In this document: piece by piece, positions 61,182-64,000 of the stretch
How positions within the stretch are numbered: the first letter of the stretch is position 1
Layout: every line of letters begins with the position of its first letter
NCBI RefSeq assembly: GCF_011620715.1
Contig: NZ_WOYP01000084.1
Coordinates: 78,673-142,672, forward strand
Reading direction: 5' to 3'
Length of the DNA: 64,000 nucleotides
From: Microbacterium sp.
GTDB taxonomy: Bacteria > Actinomycetota > Actinomycetes > Actinomycetales > Microbacteriaceae
Notes under the pieces: generated by a model
Database searches by the model: none
The model's input: the letters and a program-made list of their open reading frames with translations, nothing else
What the model was told of the DNA's origin: nothing
Position numbers and translations under genes: made by a program

Positions 61182-63725
61182 CTACGATGCGTCGCGGTCC
61201 TGCACGGCCAGCGCGCGCTCGACGCCGGCGAGGTTCTCCTCGACCAGGCGGCGCAGCGCGGGTGCCGCCTGCGCGTTGGCACTGAGCCAGGCACGGGTTG
61301 CGTCGCGCAGCTCGAGATTCGCCAGCGGCGCGGGGTACAGCCCGACGATGAGGTATTGCGCGATCTGATAGGAACGCGAATTCCAGATCGGGAGGAGCAT
61401 GTCGAAGTACGGCTTCACGAATTCAGACAGCTGCGCGACGGTGGCCGGATGCTGGAACCCCAGTGCCGTGGAACGGACGATCGTGTTCGGCTGATCGTCG
61501 CGCTCGATGAGCGAGTCCCAGGCTGCCAGCTTCGACGCCGTGTTCGGAATCGAGGCCTTGGCCTGCGCGGCGAACTCGCCGCCCTTGGCGGTGTTGTCCG
61601 CCGCGAGTGCGTCCTCGATCTCCTTCGCGTCGGCCACCCCGCCGGCGGCGAGCGAGATCAGCAGCTGCCACGCCATGTCGGTGTCGATCTCCAGACCGTC
61701 GAGGGCCGTCGCACCGTCGCGCAGCGACCGCAGCGTCGACCAGTGCGCGGGTCTCGACGCCGCGGTCGCGAACGCCGTGACGAACTGCAGCTGACTGTCG
61801 CTGCCGGCCTCGGCCGCCTGCGCGAGAGCCCACAGACCGTCAGCCACCTTCGCGCGGGTCGCTTCGCGCTTCTCCGGGGCCACGTACGAATTGGCCGCGA
61901 GCTGCAGCTGCGCCAAGGTCGTCCGCACGGTCGTGGACTCGGTCTCGCGGCCGATGTTGCGCAGCACGAGGTCGACGTAATCGCTCGGTGAGGATTCGGC
62001 ATCCCTCGTCTGATCCCATGCGGCACCCCACACGAGCGAACGCGCCAGGGGGTCGGCGATGTCGCCGAGGTGCTCTACAGCCGTCTTCAGCGATCGGGCG
62101 TCGAGACGGATCTTCGCGTACGCGAGGTCTTCGTCGTTGAGGAGGATCAGATCGGGGCGCTTGTGCCCCTTCAGCCCGGGCACCTCGGTGCGGTCGCCGT
62201 CCACGTCGAGCTCGACGCGGTGCACCCGCGCGAGCGCACCGTCGGTCACGTCGTAGAACCCGACGCCCAGCCGATGCGGGCGGATCGTCGGGTAGTCGGC
62301 GGGGGCGGTCTGCGTGATCGCGAACCGTGTGATCGTGCCGGTCGCGTCCTCATCGATCACCGGCGCCAGGGTGTTGACGCCCGCGGTCTCGAGCCACTTC
62401 TTCGACCAGGTGGCCAGCTCGCGGCCGCTTGTCTTCTCCAGCTCCGAGAGCAGATCCGACAGCTCGGTGTTGCCCCACTCGTTCTTCCTGAAGTATTCGG
62501 CGACGCCGGCGAAGAAGGCCTCGATGCCGACCCAGGCCGCGAGCTGCTTGAGAACGGACCCGCCCTTGGCGTACGTGATGCCGTCGAAGTTCACCTGGAC
62601 ATCTTCGAGGTCGTTGATCTCGGCGACGACGGGGTGAGTCGACGGGAGCTGGTCCTGACGGTAGGCCCAGGTCTTCTCCATCGCGTTGAACGTCGTCCAC
62701 GCCTCGGTCCACTCGGTGGCTTCGGCCGTCGCGATCGTGGAGGCCCACTCGGCGAAGGACTCATTCAGCCAGAGGCCGTTCCACCACTTCATCGTGACGA
62801 GATCGCCGAACCACATGTGCGCGAGCTCGTGCAGGATCGTGACGACGCGCCGCTCCTTGACAGCATCCGTCACCTTCGACCGGAACACGTACGTCTCGGT
62901 GAAGGTGACCGCGCCCGCGTTCTCCATCGCGCCCGCGTTGAACTCGGGGACGAACAGCTGGTCGTACTTGGCGAAGGGGTACGGGTAGTCGAACTTCTCC
63001 TCGTAGTACGCGAAGCCCTCACGCGTCTTGTCGAAGATGTAGTCGGCGTCGAGGTGCCGCCACAGGCTCTTGCGACCGTAGACGCCCAGCGGGACGACGC
63101 GTCCGGATGCACTGGTCAGCTCGGAGAAGACTTCTTCGTACGGACCGGCGATGATCGCCGTGATGTACGACGAGATCGGCGGCGTCGGCTCGAAGCGCCA
63201 GGTGGCGCGCCCGTCGCCGTGCTTCTCGGGGTCGGGCGCAGGGGAGTTCGAGACGACCTTCCACGGCTCGGGCGCGGTGACGATGAACTGGAATGTGGCC
63301 TTGAGGTCGGGCTGCTCGAACACGGCGAACACGCGTCGGGAGTCGGGAACCTCGAACTGCGAGTACAGGTAGACCTCGCCGTCGACGGGGTCGACGAACC
63401 GGTGCAGGCCCTCGCCGGTGTTCGTGTACAGGCAGTCCGCCTCGACGATCAGCTCGTTCTCGCTCTGCAGACCCCGCAGGGCGATCCGCGAGTCGGCGAA
63501 CGCTGTGACGGGAACATCGCGTCCGTTCAGCGTGATCGCCTGCACATCGCGGGCGATCAGGTCGATGAAGGTGTCCGCGCCCGCGGTGGCGGAGAAGCGC
63601 GCGACGGTGCGGGATCCGAAGATCTCGGCACCCCTCGTCAGGTCGAGACTGACTTCGTACGAGTGGGTGTCGACGATCGCGCGGCGCTCCTGCGCCTCGA
63701 TGCGGGTGAGGTTCTCTCCAGGCAC
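61182..63725 (-). CDS. pepN: Aminopeptidase N (M1)
   Basis: GAMEN, HELAHMW...NES (HExxH-x18-E), ITYAKG and a C-terminal ERAP1-like domain. Confidence 0.97.
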   Translation of the reverse strand: MPGENLTRIEAQERRAIVDTHSYEVSLDLTRGAEIFGSRTVARFSATAGADTFIDLIARDVQAITLNGRDVPVTAFADSRIALRGLQSENELIVEADCLYTNTGEGLHRFVDPVDGEVYLYSQFEVPDSRRVFAVFEQPDLKATFQFIVTAPEPWKVVSNSPAPDPEKHGDGRATWRFEPTPPISSYITAIIAGPYEEVFSELTSASGRVVPLGVYGRKSLWRHLDADYIFDKTREGFAYYEEKFDYPYPFAKYDQLFVPEFNAGAMENAGAVTFTETYVFRSKVTDAVKERRVVTILHELAHMWFGDLVTMKWWNGLWLNESFAEWASTIATAEATEWTEAWTTFNAMEKTWAYRQDQLPSTHPVVAEINDLEDVQVNFDGITYAKGGSVLKQLAAWVGIEAFFAGVAEYFRKNEWGNTELSDLLSELEKTSGRELATWSKKWLETAGVNTLAPVIDEDATGTITRFAITQTAPADYPTIRPHRLGVGFYDVTDGALARVHRVELDVDGDRTEVPGLKGHKRPDLILLNDEDLAYAKIRLDARSLKTAVEHLGDIADPLARSLVWGAAWDQTRDAESSPSDYVDLVLRNIGRETESTTVRTTLAQLQLAANSYVAPEKREATRAKVADGLWALAQAAEAGSDSQLQFVTAFATAASRPAHWSTLRSLRDGATALDGLEIDTDMAWQLLISLAAGGVADAKEIEDALAADNTAKGGEFAAQAKASIPNTASKLAAWDSLIERDDQPNTIVRSTALGFQHPATVAQLSEFVKPYFDMLLPIWNSRSYQIAQYLIVGLYPAPLANLELRDATRAWLSANAQAAPALRRLVEENLAGVERALAVQDRDAS

Positions 63726-63843
63726 TGCTGCTCCCAGGTTCTACGGGGTCGTGTAGGGGGTTCGGATGTCGCGAGGCCGGCGGGTGGCCGACGCTGACAA
63801 CCTCCCCAGCCTACGTCAGGCTCGCGCGGGGGACCCGGCACCG

Positions 63844-63999
63844 TCAGGTGCCGTCGCCGGCCCGCGCGACGTGGCTGCGCGCATGGGCGACAGCAGGAGC
63901 CAGCTCGTCGAAGAGGTGTTTGCTGTGGCGGAGCGAGCTGAGCACCCCCACCGTCCTGAAGAGTTCGACATGACCTTCGCGCACGCCCTTGATGAGCAC
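63844..63999 (-). CDS. C-terminal end (STAS domain) of a probable SulP-family anion transporter; truncated by window edge
   Basis: VLIKGVREGHVELFRTVGVLSSLRHSKHLFDELAPAVAHARSHV resembles actinobacterial SulP STAS tails as I recall them. Only 51 codons are visible. Confidence 0.55.
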   Translation of the reverse strand: MLIKGVREGHVELFRTVGVLSSLRHSKHLFDELAPAVAHARSHVARAGDGT

Positions 64000-64000
64000 G

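Overview
A high-GC actinobacterial chromosome segment, most likely Microbacterium/Microbacteriaceae (inferred from gene content and synteny). It is almost entirely core or semi-core genome. In order: the 3' end of treZ; a complete assimilatory nitrate/nitrite cluster on the minus strand (narK, nitrate reductase, flavoprotein, nirB, nirD, cysG/cobA, nnaR); map; rplS-lepB-rnhB; DUF2469; yraN-comM-dprA-xerC; an M23 peptidase; rpsB-tsf-pyrH-frr-cdsA with cell-envelope genes; glgX-glgE-glgB; cysteine desulfurase-mnmA-ligA; gatCAB; a ferritin-like lipoprotein; dinB; zincin-clpS-DUF2017; tRNA-His; orn; tRNA-Arg(UCU); yczE/yczR; a second ssb; ettA; two thioesterases; a truncated globin; MscS; pepN; and the end of a SulP transporter. 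I found no CRISPR array, transposase, prophage or defence island. The most interesting signals are regulatory or at DNA level: (1) an uncharacterised 87-aa gene with an exact PafBC-type DNA-damage promoter overlapped by a LexA-like box, with the same promoter type before ligA and a weaker one before dinB; (2) two near-identical NnaR/GlnR-type promoters at narK and nirB; (3) a CsoR-family operator before an orphan ferritin-like lipoprotein; (4) a highly iterated GGATGCC/GGCATCC heptamer across the window; (5) an acidic Val/Ile-rich repeat tail on ribosomal protein S2. All motif assignments were made by eye and compared with consensus sequences as I recall them, so they need computational confirmation.
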